NCBI RefSeq assembly: GCF_006345805.1
Contig: NC_043022.1
Coordinates: 8,122,001-8,186,000 of the forward strand
Length of the DNA: 64,000 nucleotides
Reading direction: 5' to 3'
DNA from: Octopus sinensis
Lineage: Eukaryota
The notes beneath the pieces are model-generated. The model had not been told where the DNA came from. It saw only the letters and a list, made by a program, of their open reading frames with translations, and did no database searches. The translations under genes and the position numbers were made by a program. Positions 1 through 12,916 of this stretch are shown piece by piece (positions within the stretch are counted from its first letter, which is position 1; the number at the start of each line of letters is the position of its first letter).

Positions 1-351
1 AGTGGTTGATCACACATACCTCTGTAGCAATAAATAGATAAAAAGGAAAGAAATCAGGAAGCCAGTCAGTGACACCCCTTGCATCATACAGCTCAGATCT
101 GGCTGTATCTACCTTCCATCTGTTTGGTTCAATGAATAACAGTTTTTGTGGGAGAAAGATTTCATGAGACAAACGAAGTGAAAGTAGTTGCGAAGAAGAG
201 GTGACAAAAGTGCACACCTGAATTTTTTCAAGTGGATTCAGGAGTTGGATTCACTTATGGTGCAAATGCATTGCTTGTCAGGGAGATTATGTTGAGTAAT
301 GTTTTGTGTAGAGAGGACCTATCCACCACAGGAGAATTGATAGTGATACTG

Positions 352-745
352 GTACCGTATAAAAAGTATTGGTGTTCATGCCACATAAAAAGCACTGGTG
401 CTGGTGCCACATAAAAGGCACTCATGCTGGTGCCACATAAAAGGCACTCATGCTGGTGCCACATAAAAGGCACTCATGCTGGTGCCACATAAAAAGTACT
501 GGTGCTAGTTCACATAAAAATACTCATGCTGGTGCCATGTTAAAAGCACTGGTGCTGGTGTCACATAAAATGCACCCAATAGACTTTGTAAAGTGGCTGA
601 ATTAGGAAGGGCATCCAACTGTAGAAACTATGCCAAAGCAGACAATGGAACCTGGTGTAGCCTCTAGCCTTACCAGCTCTGGTCAAACCATCCAATCCAT
701 GCCAGCATGAAAACTGGATGTTAAATGATGATGGTGATGATGATG
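352..745 (+). mobile_element. Family C repeat (RTE-LINE 3'-tail-type element) with internal ~26-nt tandem repeats and (ATG)n tail
   Basis: Tandem 'gccacataaaaggcactcatgctggt' units at ~375-570, then 'ttaggaagggcatccaactgtagaaac...ccatgccagcatg...gttaaatgatgatg', a block recurring about 10 times in the window. Confidence 0.75.
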
Positions 746-965
746 AAGGTGGAAAACTGGCTGAGTCATTAGCATGCCAGGCAAAATGCTTAACTGCATT
801 TTGTCTGTCTTTACATTCTGAGTTCAAATTCTGCCGAGGTTGACTTTGCCTTTCATCCTTTTGGGGTCGATAAATTAAGAATCTGTTGAGTACTGGGGTT
901 GATGTAATTGATTTACTGTTTCCCTTAAAATTGCTGGCCTTGTGCCAAAATTTGAAATCAGTATT
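746..965 (+). mobile_element. Family D tRNA-derived SINE
   Basis: 'ttctgagttcaaattctgccgaggttgactttgcctttcatccttttggggtcgataaattaag' (B-box-like plus central domain); recurs at 2165, 18005, 45885, 54165, 55828. Confidence 0.75.
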
Positions 966-1231
966 TTGTATAGCAGAAGAGTTACTGTACCAAAATATGC
1001 CATTTGAGAAATCCATGACGTTTAATAAAAAGAAAACTTTGGATACTTTTGGATCACTTTTGGCACAACACTCCATATTTATTATGTTTATGTATCTGTT
1101 TTGCAAGATTCTTCATGTGAAAACATGTGTTGAAACAGATATTGTTATCCTTGGGGATGGTCATATTTTGTCAGTTAAACACACACACTGTTTATTTGAT
1201 CTTCACTTCAGTTTCATTAGTATCACTTTCA

Positions 1232-1400
1232 GCCACCCGCTACACTCTTGGAGTGGTTGGCATTAGGAAGGGCATCCAGCTGTTGAAACCATGCCAAATC
1301 AGATTAGAACCTGGTGCAGCTCCCCGGCTTACCAGTTTTCAGTCAAACTATCCAACCCATGCCGGCATGGAAAGCAGACGTTAAATGATGATGATGATGA
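1232..1400 (+). mobile_element. Family C repeat, 5'-truncated
   Basis: 'ggagtggttggcattaggaagggcatccagctg...gcagacgttaaatgatgatg'. Confidence 0.75.
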
Positions 1401-1525
1401 TTGTTTGTCAAAATTCTTTCATCAAACATTTGTGAGGGAGCTCCTTTCTAAGAGATAAATAGTACTAAATGGCATAGAAGTACTAAATGGGATAGGTGAT
1501 AGAAGAGGAGACACGTGGGACAGAG

Positions 1526-1571
1526 AGTCACTGATGAGGTCACAGATTTGTGTGATGAAAGGACTGTGACT
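1526..1571 (+). ncRNA. Degenerate minimal hammerhead ribozyme motif
   Basis: agtca-CTGATGA-g-gtcaca..tgtgat-GAAA-ggact-g-tgact: stems I and II pair, but the cleavage-site base is G (non-permissive). Confidence 0.5.
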
Positions 1572-1764
1572 GACATATAGAGTAAAACTAATACAAATAA
1601 AGCCTAAAGTGAAAATTGAATAAACAGTGCATGTATTTGATTGACAAAACATGACCATCTTCAAGTATAACAACTCTGTATGTATGTTTGTATGTAAGTA
1701 TCTTTTATCTGCTTCAGTCAGTGGACTGTGGCATAGTTATAATAAGGCTTCTTCCAATATTTTT

Positions 1765-2142
1765 TTTTACTTACTTCAGTCATTTGACTGTGGCCATGCT
1801 GGAGCACTGCTTTTAGTTGAGCAAATCGACCCCACGACTTATTCTTTGGAAGCCTAGTCTTATTCTATTGGTCACTTTTTGCTGAACTGCTAAGTTACAG
1901 GATGTAAACACAGTAGCATTGGTTGTCAAGCGATGTTGTGGGGGGTCAAACAGACACACAAACATATACATACACATACATATATATTTATACATATATA
2001 TAACGGGCTTCTTTCAGTTTCCGTCTACCAAATCCACTCACAAGGCTTTGGTCGGCCTGAGGCTATAGTAGAAGACACTTGCCCAAGGTGCCATGCAGTG
2101 GGACTGAACCTGGAACCATGCGGTTGGTAAGCAAGATACCAC
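1765..2142 (-). mobile_element. Family A tRNA-derived SINE with internal (CA/TA) microsatellite
   Basis: Matches other copies, e.g. 'cagtcatttgactgtggccatgctggagcac...aaatccactcacaaggctttgg...gggactgaacc'. Confidence 0.85.
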
Positions 2143-2164
2143 ACAACATACACAATATATTGAT

Positions 2165-2475
2165 TTTGAATTTTGGCTCAAGGCCAGCAATTTGAGGGGA
2201 GGGGTAAGTCAATTACATCAACCTGAGTGTTCAACTGGGACATAGTTTATTGATCCTGAAAGACTCTTTTCTACTCTAGGTACAAGGCCCGAAATTTGTT
2301 GGGAGGAGGCCAGTCAATTAGGTCAACCCCAGTATGCAGTTGGTACTTAATTTGTCAGCCCTGAAAGGATGAAAGGCAAAATCGACTTTGGTGGAATTTG
2401 AACTCAGAATGTAAAGACAGATGAAATGTCACTAAGCATTTCACCTGGCATCCTAACATTTCTGCCAGCTCGCTG
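2165..2475 (-). mobile_element. Family D SINE with duplicated 3' segment
   Basis: Reverse complement of the family D core 'gaaaggatgaaaggcaaaatcgac...ggaatttgaactcagaa'; two tail copies ('caaggcc...ggggagg'). Confidence 0.7.
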
Positions 2476-2904
2476 GCTTGCACTATATATATATTAAATG
2501 AAAGCCAGTAGCAAGTCATTACACATGTACACAGCAATGATCATCTTCAGTTAGAAGTGAAACCAGTTCGAAATTATTTATGATAATGTATTTCTGCAAT
2601 TATGAAATTTGAAACTTTTAATAAAGTATTTTGACATTATTTGATTGAACTTTGGAATCCATAATCTTGAAATGATTTGAATGTAGTAATATATTTTGGA
2701 TGTGATATTTTGCATATGATATTTTGGAATATGTAATGATGTCTTTTGAAATAATTTGATTGTGTTAACCTGCTTTTCAATGGAGACTATTGTATTTTGA
2801 AATTATTTCACTGTAAAAAATATTCTGGAATTAATTCACCGAAATATAAAAGGAAAACTGCCCTTTCTTCCTATTATTTATCCATAACTTTTCACTTGTA
2901 AGGA

Positions 2905-3056
2905 ATGTGTTTAACATGCATAATATATGTGTGTGTGTGTGTGTGTGAGTATGTGTGTGTGTGTATCTATACACACACACACACACACATATATATATCG
3001 ATAGATAGATACATACATACATATATATATACAGAGAAACGTATAAGTATAAATGA

Positions 3057-3087
<31 letters not shown>

Positions 3088-3322
3088 TGTATGAATATAT
3101 ATACATACATACATGCATACATACATGTATGCATGTATAGGCGATCAGTTGATGGATTATTCCTTTAGTACTCAGAGTTTCATAAAAAATCTGTTTCACA
3201 AAGAATTGAATTGCTAATTGATTCCCAATAAACATAATCTCTACACTATATATTATATATTGTATGGTCTTGTCTTTCATTTTATAAACATAATTGTATA
3301 TACATTCACACATACATACATG

Positions 3323-3375
<53 letters not shown>

Positions 3376-4790
3376 GTATACACACACAATACATGTGTAC
3401 AGATATACATACACACATGCATACTTGCATAGATACATATATATACGCATATATATATATATATACTCACACATACACATATATATGCTTACACATACAT
3501 GCACACATACATACACATATACATACAATAGATTCCCAAATCCATCCCTCCATACATCCATACACATACATGCATGTAGACATCTCTACATACAAATATA
3601 CACACACATGTGTATATACCCACTTTCATCCATCCATACATGCATACACATACATGCACATACGAATACATGCATTTACACGTCCATCCATCAATCCATC
3701 CATTCATATACACACACACTCTCACATATAAATGAACGTATACACTACATACATAAAAATGTATATTATATGTGTGTGTGTGTGCATGCTGTAGTGTGTC
3801 TGTGTGTGAGCATATTGCTACAGTATCAGTCTTAAGAAATGTCCAAAATTGAAGTACATGAGTATTAATTATGAAAACATTCCAAAATTAGTGGAAGAAA
3901 TCAATGGAGTGACCATTGACTGTTAAATAGTGGAAGGAGGATATTTTCTTGCCAGAAATAGAGCATAGTTGCCAATATATGATAAGTGCTGGACAGTAGA
4001 ATAGCATGGATTTTTTTGGCGGACATTCGATGGTCACGTTTTATCTGTTGCACTAAGTAGGTTTTGCCCATTTGCAATAAAGAATCTGTCTCAATGTTTA
4101 AGCTGTCTTTATTTTGGATATCAATGTTGGCATTGCCATAACTACTACTGCCTCTGTCTCACTGTTATTTCTTGTAGCAATCATATATAACCTGGCAACG
4201 TATCATTTTAGTTCGGTTATCATATTTTTGTGTGGTTTTTGTGCGGTGTTGTTGGTCACTGATTTCTTTTTTTCCATGAAAGATTGAGTATAGTGTTATG
4301 TATGTGTATATGCATATATGCATGTGTGTGTGTGTGTATGTACGTATGTATGCATGTATGTATGAATGAATATGTGTATGCATGAATGTGTGTATGTGTG
4401 AGTGTATATATATCTGTATGTATGTATATATGAATGTATGCATGTGTTTGTATGTACTTATGTGTGTGTGTGTGTGAGAATCTGAGTGTGTATGTATGTA
4501 TTTATGTATGTATGTCTGTATGTTTGTATGTATGAATATGTGTATGTATGTGTATGTATGAAAGTGTGTGTGTCTATGGATGTATTCATGCATCTATTTA
4601 TCTCTCTATGTCATTCTCTCTCTCTCTCTTTCTATCTATCTATCTATCTGGCTGGCAGTGTATCTATCAGTCAATCTCTTTTTTATCTACCTCCCTATAT
4701 ACATACACACACATGCATATATATGTATGTGTGCATGTAAACATATATGTATATATGAATACACACACACACACACATGTTGATGTCATT
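2905..4790. repeat. Compound (CA/TG), (TA), (TATG) microsatellite blocks
   Basis: Direct reading; source of the HTHTYI/VCVCMY pseudo-ORFs; unique sequence intervenes at ~3830-4290. Confidence 0.95.
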
Positions 4791-5367
4791 ATCAATGAAT
4801 AAATATTTGACTGCTACTGGCTGGTGGCTGCCAAAATCTTGGATCAGTTTTCATTGTTCAGGTTTCAGACAATATAGAAATATAACTGGGATTAGAAGCC
4901 ATGCCATATCGAACACAATATTGTTGGGATCAAGAATACAATAGGAATTGATCCTTGAATACAGCAATGAAGCAAGAGTGAGCAATTTATATCAGTGATT
5001 AAATGAAATATGAGGAAGAATTACTATAATGAGAATGGATCAATTTGCTCTGTTAGTAACTAGGATCAATTATACAAGCTGGGATGGCGAAGAGAATGCC
5101 ATATTTAATCCAAGTGTTATAGAAAGACTATTTCCTCTTATGGTGGTATCTAATCCATGTAGTTACATTGTTCTGCAGTCAGTTTAACATCTGGTGTGGG
5201 GCACACTGTGCACCTCTACAGGCGACATTGGCTTGATGGAGGGAGTGGACTAACGTATATCACAAACATTTGATCACTATAAATGTTTCATCACTGCATG
5301 CTGTCCAGCAAGAAATTGCAGGACTCTCACCTGCCTTCTACCACAGGAGAGTCCATAATATATATAT

Positions 5368-5545
5368 ATGAAGGCACATGGCTTAGTGGTTAAGGTGTTG
5401 TGAGATCATGGGTTCGATTCCCAGACCGGGTGTCACATTGTGTTCGTGTGCAAAGCACTTCATTTCATGTTGCTCTGCAATCATTTCGATGTCTTAAATG
5501 TGGCACCCAGTTGCACCTGTACAGATAATATCGATTTGATGTAGG
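5368..5545 (+). mobile_element. Family E CORE-type SINE (degenerate)
   Basis: A-box-like 'tggcttagtggttaagg', B-box 'ggttcgattcc', core 'ttgtgttcgtgtgcaaagcacttcatttc'. Confidence 0.6.
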
Positions 5546-5550
5546 GAGTG

Positions 5551-5897
5551 ATTTGACTGTGGCCATGCTGGAGCACCACTTTTAGTCGAGCAAATCGACC
5601 CCAGGACTTATTCTTTGTAAGCCTAGTACTTATTCTATCAGTATATTTTGCCGAACTGCTAAGTTACGGGGATATAAACACACCAGCATTGGTTGTCAAG
5701 TAATGTTGGTGGGACAAGCACAGACACACAAACATATACACACACACATACATCTATATATATATATGAAAAGAAGACATGAAACGATCGTAGTGGATAT
5801 TAATAATTGTTAAATTTCAAATTAATATAAATTAATTAAGTATTGGATTAAGTCTTTCTTTGTTTGATTTGCATAATAGTGGTTTTGTCTCTAATTT

Positions 5898-5940
<43 letters not shown>

Positions 5941-6093
5941 AGGCTTCTTTCAGTTTCTGACTACCAAATCCACTCACAAGGCTTTGGTTGGCCCAAGGCT
6001 ATACAAGAAGATACTTGCCCAAGGTGCTACACAGTGGGACTGAACCCAGAACCATGTGGTTCATAAGCAAGCTACTTAACACATAGCCACTCC
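5551..6093 (-). mobile_element. Family A SINE, expanded internal region
   Basis: Both halves present; about 130 nt of foreign AT-rich sequence (5768-5900) in the internal microsatellite. Confidence 0.8.
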
Positions 6094-6331
6094 TTTATGT
6101 CTACACAAACATTTGATCATTATAAACAAATCATCTGTGTGGTTGTTCGGTAAGAAATTGTCGAACCCTCACATGTCGTCAGTCATTAAAATAGTGCTTT
6201 GTGGCTTTTGAGGTTTTTTGGCTCTTATTTCTAGCAATACTGGTACTAATTAGTACCCTCTGTCGCTTTAGTGACCTTTATTAATTTTCGCTTAGGTTGT
6301 TAAATTGCTAATAAGCCACTCATATTATTTG

Positions 6332-6369
<38 letters not shown>

Positions 6370-6677
6370 CGTGGCAGACTGGGTCTAAAGATATTGGTTG
6401 CCAGGAGACTAAGGGGGCCCACCTACAGTGCTATCATTTAATTTTTTTTTTTTGTTAAAAGTATTCTTTTCAACTGTCTACAAACACAGCCAGGCTGAAA
6501 TAATTAGTGCATTCTTTCAGGAATGTATGAACAATTCTTAAACTTGAGGGGAAGGGCCCCTTAGATACTAACATGGGCCCTCATATATGGATTCAAATGG
6601 CACTTGTCGTTGGGCAAACTGGCAACCTGGCTAATTCACCACTTATACATATATACATACATACATATATATATATA

Positions 6678-6982
6678 TGGAGGTACAATGACCCAGTGGT
6701 TAGGGCAGTGGACTCGCAGTCATAGGATTGCGGTTTCGATTCCCAGACTGAGCGTTGTGAGTATTTATTGAGCTAAAACACCTAAAGCTCCACGAGGCTC
6801 TGGCAGGGATGATGGTGATCCCTGCTGTACTCTTTCACCACAACTTTCTCTCACTCTTTCTTCTGTTGGCTGCTCGCTTAGCCAGCGGGGTGGCATCATT
6901 TGAAGGCTAAAACAATGAAGGCTAAAGCATTGTGACCAGCGATGTGTAGCAACATCTGATAGCCTGGTCGGTCATGGTGATA
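6678..6982 (+). mobile_element. Family B tRNA-derived SINE, tail type 2
   Basis: Head 'ggaggtacaatgacccagtggttagggcag...ggtttcgattcccagac', tail 'gaaggctaaaacaatg...caacatctgatagcctggtc'. Confidence 0.8.
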
Positions 6983-6995
6983 TATATATATATAT

Positions 6996-7183
6996 CATCA
7001 TCATTATCATCATTGTTTAGTGTCCGCTTTCCATGCTAGCATGGGTTGGATGATTTTGACTGAGGGCTGGTGAACCAGATGGCTGCACCAGGCTCCAATC
7101 TTGATCTGGCAGAGTTTCTACAGCTGGATGCCCTTCCTAATGCCAACCACTCCGAGAGTGTAGTGGGTGCTTTTTATGTGCCA
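6996..7183 (-). mobile_element. Family C repeat
   Basis: 'catcattgtttagtgtccgctttccatgctagcatgggttgga...cagctggatgcccttcctaatgccaaccactcc'. Confidence 0.8.
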
Positions 7184-7185
7184 TA

Positions 7186-7236
<51 letters not shown>

Positions 7237-7674
7237 TTTTACCTGTTTCAGTTACTTGACTGCAGCCATGCTGGAACACCACCTTATTATACTTTAATAT
7301 TTTGGTTTGGAATTGCAAAACTAATAAACTTGTGTGTGTGTGTGTGCACATGCATATATGTATCTACAGGTGCCTCAGACTACATGTGTATATATATACA
7401 CATCTATTTGTACTAATACATCTAAATACCTTTTGGACGTACATTGTTTTTTGTTACCGCTATTTGTATTGACTTTCTCATTGATAATGCCCTTCCCTAC
7501 ATGTACACAAATGTAATTCTTTGCCAAATAAATTGCACTTCATATTCGAGGCTCTGAGGTCTTATTCAGGCAGAAAGACATGAGTCCACTGCATCTAATA
7601 ACAGCTGTAAGCTAATGAAATTCATAAGATAATCATTCATTCCTTTGTGATTTCTTCTTCTTCTTAACTTAAGT

Positions 7675-7742
7675 ATGTATGTGTGTTGTGTGTGTGTATG
7701 TATGTATGTATGTATGTATGTATGTGTGTGTGTATGTATGTA

Positions 7743-7773
<31 letters not shown>

Positions 7774-8245
7774 CTGTGTGTATGCATGTATGTATGTATG
7801 TGTGTATGTATGTGTGTGTATGTATGTATGTGTGTGTGTACGTATGTATGTGTGTATGTATGTATGTGTGTGTATGTATGTATGTATGTATGTGTGTATG
7901 TATATATATATATGTAAGTATGTATGTATGTATGTGTGTATATGTATGTATGTAAGTATATATGTATGTATGTATGTATGTGTGTATATGTATGTATGTA
8001 TGTGTGTGTGTATGTATGTATGTATGTATGTATGTATGTATGTGTGTATGTATGTATGTATATATGTAAGTATGTATGTATGTGTGTATATGTATGTATG
8101 TATGTATATATGTATGTATGTAAGTATGTATGTATGTGTGTGTGTGTGTATATATGTATGTATGTATGTGTGTGTGTGTATGTATGTATGTGTGTGTATG
8201 TGTATGTATGTATGTATGTGCGTATGTATGTATGTGTATGGGTGT
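7675..8245. repeat. (TATG)n/(TG)n compound microsatellite, ~570 bp
   Basis: Direct reading. Confidence 0.95.
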
Positions 8246-9654
8246 TGTTTCTGTGTTTCCTCATTAATAATGCAACACCAAGGATGGTGTCTTTATTGGC
8301 ATCCTCAAGTGAGACTAATTCTAGAAGCTTCAGCAGTTTTGTTCTTTTGACATGTTAAGGGAGGCTGGAATAAAAATATGTTGCTTGGAAAAAAATGAAA
8401 AGCTTCTGGTTGTAACAAAATCTGCTAAACCAAAGTTCATCTAACACCTGCTAACACATACAAACATATGTACATAGACACATACACATATACATATATG
8501 CACACACACACACATAATTACATATGCACACACACACATAATATATACACCCATATATATATGCATATATATATAGTATATATATATATACATATATAAA
8601 TATAATATATATATGCATATAAGGTTCTTTACTCAATCTTAACTCTTTGAGAAAAAATTTTCTCTCCAAATATATATATCATCATCATCATATATATATA
8701 TATGCACATATATATATATATATATACATATATATATACATATATATATACATATATATACATACATACATATATGTATATATATATACACAAATATATA
8801 AATGCATATATATGCATATATATACATATATATACATATATATATGTATATAGATACAACACACGCACATACACACACATATATGAGATTTCATATAAGA
8901 AAATCTACATCAATTACAAAAAGAAGAAAATGCTTTGGGAACTCGTAAGAAAAACATGCAAACATCCAAAGCAGATATCATAAAAGATTAATTTCATCTA
9001 TTTCACTTTATTTTCTCTTTTCTAACAACATGACTAAATTGACTTAAAACAATTGAAACTGAAAGCATATTTTGATAAAAATCTAAATATTATCTTCCTT
9101 TTAGCCATAATAAAATTCTCAGTTATTTTCTTCTTTTTACCAATATATATGTCTGTGTGTGTGTGTGTGTGTATGCATGTATGTAAATATGCACACACAT
9201 TATTATATGTGTGTGTATGTATGCATGTATTCACACACACACGCTCATAGAGAACAGGCTTCCATGCAGTTTCTGGGAAGCAAATTCTCCTCAAATCATA
9301 TTGGTTAACTCAATGTTTTACTATGTGTCACATATAAAAATTGAACCCCAAACCATGTAACTGGTGTGCATATTTCTTGACCACACAACCATACTGACAC
9401 TGATTGCCTATGTATGTATGTATGTATCTATCTATCTATCTATCTTCACACACACACAGACACACACACACACACAAATAAACTTGTAAATTTTAAACTC
9501 TTTCATTTCTTTTATTCTTTTTAAATATTTATTATTACCTTCTCTCTAGTTTAGAGTTATTAAATATGTTTATTTACAATTAGCTATGATAATTAACTGT
9601 TCAAAATAAACAAAAAATACACCTGTAAAAAGATAAATAAAATTTCAAAATATT

Positions 9655-9815
9655 ACAGGGACACAACTGTCCAGGGACGCATTTGTCTAGGGATGCAATT
9701 GTCTTGGGATGCAATTGTCTTGGGATGCAAATTGTCTGGTATGCAATTTCTGCTACACAATTGTCTGGTATACAGTTGTGTCTGGGACACAAATGTCTAG
9801 AACACCACTGTCCTA
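9655..9815. repeat. Diverged ~16-nt minisatellite (gggatgcaattgtctt-like, ~10 units)
   Basis: Units 'gggatgcaattgtctt' x2 with degenerate flanking copies. Confidence 0.8.
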
Positions 9816-9834
9816 GAACCATACAAATTATAGC

Positions 9835-10085
9835 TTTGTGGGCTTGATTCTCCCTAATAAGTATTATTGAACTTTCATCTCTTCTAGTAGTCCAGCATTT
9901 ATTACCCTACTTTTCCAGTTTATTCTGCCCAATCTACAAAAGACCCAAATCTCAAATGCATCTATCTTGTTTTCCATTCCTGTGTACATTGTCAAACTTT
10001 CTGTCCTGTAGAAGATGATTAGTATACTATGACATTTTACTAGTCTCGGTATTTTAAAAGTGGACATGTGCAATCTGAGGTGAAA
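9835..10085 (-). mobile_element. RTE-clade LINE ORF2 C-terminal remnant
   Basis: Minus ORF '...KIDAFEIWVFCRLGRINWKSRVINAGLL', resembling the RTE post-RT motif (AFEMW..RR.L.I.W...V.N..VL). Confidence 0.65.
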
Positions 10086-10319
10086 TTTGTTGTCTGCCTT
10101 ATAACTAATCATGTGAAGGTGTTCAGATTACTCTGTCAAATATAATGCTTTTTCATTCACATTGTTTTGAATTAATCCTGCATTATCTTGTAGTTCTGAG
10201 AATTTGATGATGTGATGCTTTATTTTGAGGATGACATTGTAGGATATGAGTGAGAGGCCAGATCTGGATGGTTTGAACATAAAAGAAGGAGAAAATTTGG
10301 GCCGGATATGGCCAGTTTA

Positions 10320-10640
10320 AATGCTAGAGGGTTAATGGTTAGGATAGTCAGTTCATGAGTATAAGGTTGTGGGTTTGATTCCTGGGGGCGTGTTATGTCC
10401 TTGAGCAAGACATTATTTTATGCTGCTCCAGTCCACTCAGCTGTCAAAAATGAGTTGTATTTGTATTTCAAAAGACCAGCTTTGTCACATCCTATGTCAT
10501 TCTGAATCTCCCTGAGAACTACGTTAAGGGTATGTGTGTCTGTGGAGTGCTCGGCCACTTGCACATCAATTTCATGAGCAAGTTGTCCCAATGATCAGAT
10601 CAACTGGAATCCTTCTCACCGTAACTGACAGAGTGACACA
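10320..10640 (+). mobile_element. Family E CORE-type SINE, tail type 1
   Basis: Homologous to 52681-53001 ('ttatgtccttgagcaagaca...ccagtccactcagctg...gagaactacgttaagggta'). Confidence 0.8.
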
Positions 10641-11611
10641 TTTTATATTTAATCACACAGAAGATCCTTGTCAGATTACAGTTGTTGTTTGACCTGAGGT
10701 CAGTCCTGCTCAAACATATCTATAACCACAGCCACTCCAGTCATAGCGATCTCAAATAGCTTGTTTATGAATCATTTAACCAATGCAGCTTTTGTTCATC
10801 TGCCAGAGATTTTTAGTTTCCATTGGGCACATTTTACTTTGGCACCCACGCTAGAGGAGTTGCCATTTCTTTGGCAAAACTAAAGAAGCTTATCAACTCA
10901 GCATTGGCTCCAGTTATTTGTTAACTACTTCATTGAGTGTACTGGGTACATTTTCTCATGGTACCAGCATTGGGGAGATTTTACCATGGTACCAAACAAC
11001 ACTAAAGAGTTCTTCCTATTCAACTTTGATATGGCCTACCTTATCTAATGTTGTGCTTTTACATTTCTTTTTTTGAGAAAGAAGGGTCTCATCCAACAGA
11101 GTTGACTGCTATTTCTAGCAGATTTAGCAATCATCATAATAGAGATAGTAGTTACAATATATATCTCATTCATGCTTTACTGATGCAGAAATGAATCTAA
11201 AATCATTAAGAAATGGGAGAAAATAATGAAAAAAAAATAATAACCAACAAATTGATAGGCCAAAAAGGTAAGTAAAAAATAAAAAATGAAAAAATAAAAA
11301 TAAAAAATATAAAAAAAACCTAATGAACCAAACCCCAGCTTGTTGACATAGGTTTAATCAGTTGAATAATAGATGCTGCATTCATCATTTTATGGAAGTT
11401 TATTAACAGAGTTTTCTGACAAGCTCTGTGTGTGATATACAGATGTGTTGATTAAATTGGCCCGTGCCAAAAACAGAAATTAAAACCAATCCTGTTTTTC
11501 ATAAATTTAATCAATCTTCCTGGCTAATCTTAGACTAGTTTACATTTAAAATGTTTTTGAAAAGGAATGATATATATAAGTAGAAGAGAAAAAAAATATG
11601 TGTGTGTGCTT

Positions 11612-11773
11612 AAGGTGCAGGCCGTGTTTGTGTGGTTAAGAAGCTTGCTTCCCAATCATGTGGTTGTGGGTTCAGTCTCTCTATGTGGCACCTTTGGCGG
11701 TTGTCTTCTATTATAGCCCCAGGCTGGCCAAAGCCTTGTGAATGAATTTGGTACATGGCACTGAAAGAAACTT

Positions 11774-11778
<5 letters not shown>
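11612..11778 (+). mobile_element. Family A SINE 5' half
   Basis: Head 'aggtgcagg...tgtggttaagaagcttgc...gggttcagtc...caaagccttgtgaatgaatttgg'. Confidence 0.7.
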
Positions 11779-11840
<62 letters not shown>

Positions 11841-11843
<3 letters not shown>

Positions 11844-12227
11844 GAAGCACTCCGTCGGTTACGACGATGAGGGTTCCGGTTGATCCGAATCAACGGAACA
11901 GCCTGCTCGTGAAATTAACGTGTAAGTGGCTGAGCACTCCACAGACACGTGCACCCTTAACGTAGTTCTCGGGGATATTCAGCATGACACAGAGAGTGAC
12001 AAGGCCAGTCCCTTGAAATACAGGTACAACAGAAACAGGAAGTAAGAGTGAGAGAAAGTTGTGGTGAAAGAGTACAGTAGGGATCACCACCATCCCCTGC
12101 CGGAGCCTCGTGGAGCTTTTAGGTGTTTTCGCTCAATAAACACTCACAACGCCCGGTCTGGGAATCAAAACCGTGATCCTATGACCGCGAGTCCGCTGCC
12201 CTAACCACTGGGCCATTGCGCCTCCAC
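11841..12227 (-). mobile_element. Family B SINE, tail type 1 (young, CpG-rich)
   Basis: Family B head at 12110-12227 joined to the same tail as family E ('gcactccgtcggttacgacgatgagggttcc'). Confidence 0.85.
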
Positions 12228-12264
<37 letters not shown>

Positions 12265-12296
12265 TATATTTATGTGTGTATACTTATGTGTGTGTA

Positions 12297-12332
<36 letters not shown>

Positions 12333-12334
<2 letters not shown>

Positions 12335-12711
12335 TCTTTTTATTCTTTTAATTGTCACTGTCATTTGACTGTGGCCATGCTGGAGCATCACCTTTAGTTG
12401 AACAAAATGACCCCAGGACTTATTCTTTGGAAACCTAGTGATTATTCTATCAGTCTCTTTTGCTGAGTCGCTAAGTAAACTCACCACCATCGGCTGTCAA
12501 GTGGTGGTGCAGGGTCAAACATGGACACACAAATATATATATACATATGACGGGCTTCTTTCAGTTTCCATCTACCATATCCACTCACAAAGCTTTGGTT
12601 GGCCTAAGGCTATATTAGAAGACACTTGCCCAAGGTGCCATGCAGTGGGATTGAACCTGTAACCATGTGGTTGAGAAGCAAGCCTCTTACCACTCAGCTA
12701 TGCCTGCACCT
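12333..12711 (-). mobile_element. Family A SINE
   Basis: Full-length diverged copy. Confidence 0.8.
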
Positions 12712-12863
12712 ATATATATATATATATATTCACAGGCACTCTGTCACTTATGATGACACGGGTTCTAACTGATTTGACCAGCGAAACAGGCTGCAGAAAA
12801 TTAGAGAAAAATTTGGAAAGGCATTCAGAATGTATTTTGTCTCATATTAAATAATAATGATGA

Positions 12864-12912
<49 letters not shown>

Positions 12913-12916
<4 letters not shown>

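Noticed and set aside
370-570. Regular ~26-nt repeats superficially like a CRISPR array
   Set aside because: Tandem units without unique spacers, part of the family C 3' region, in a eukaryotic context
3161-3205. Minus-strand 'gaaactctgagta', identical to stem III of the 33169 HHR
   Set aside because: 5' core and stem II too degenerate to call; at best a dead relic
3910-4150. Minus-strand open frame with an ankyrin-like 'YGNANIDIQNKD'
   Set aside because: No TPLH motif, no convincing splice sites and no partner exons; likely chance
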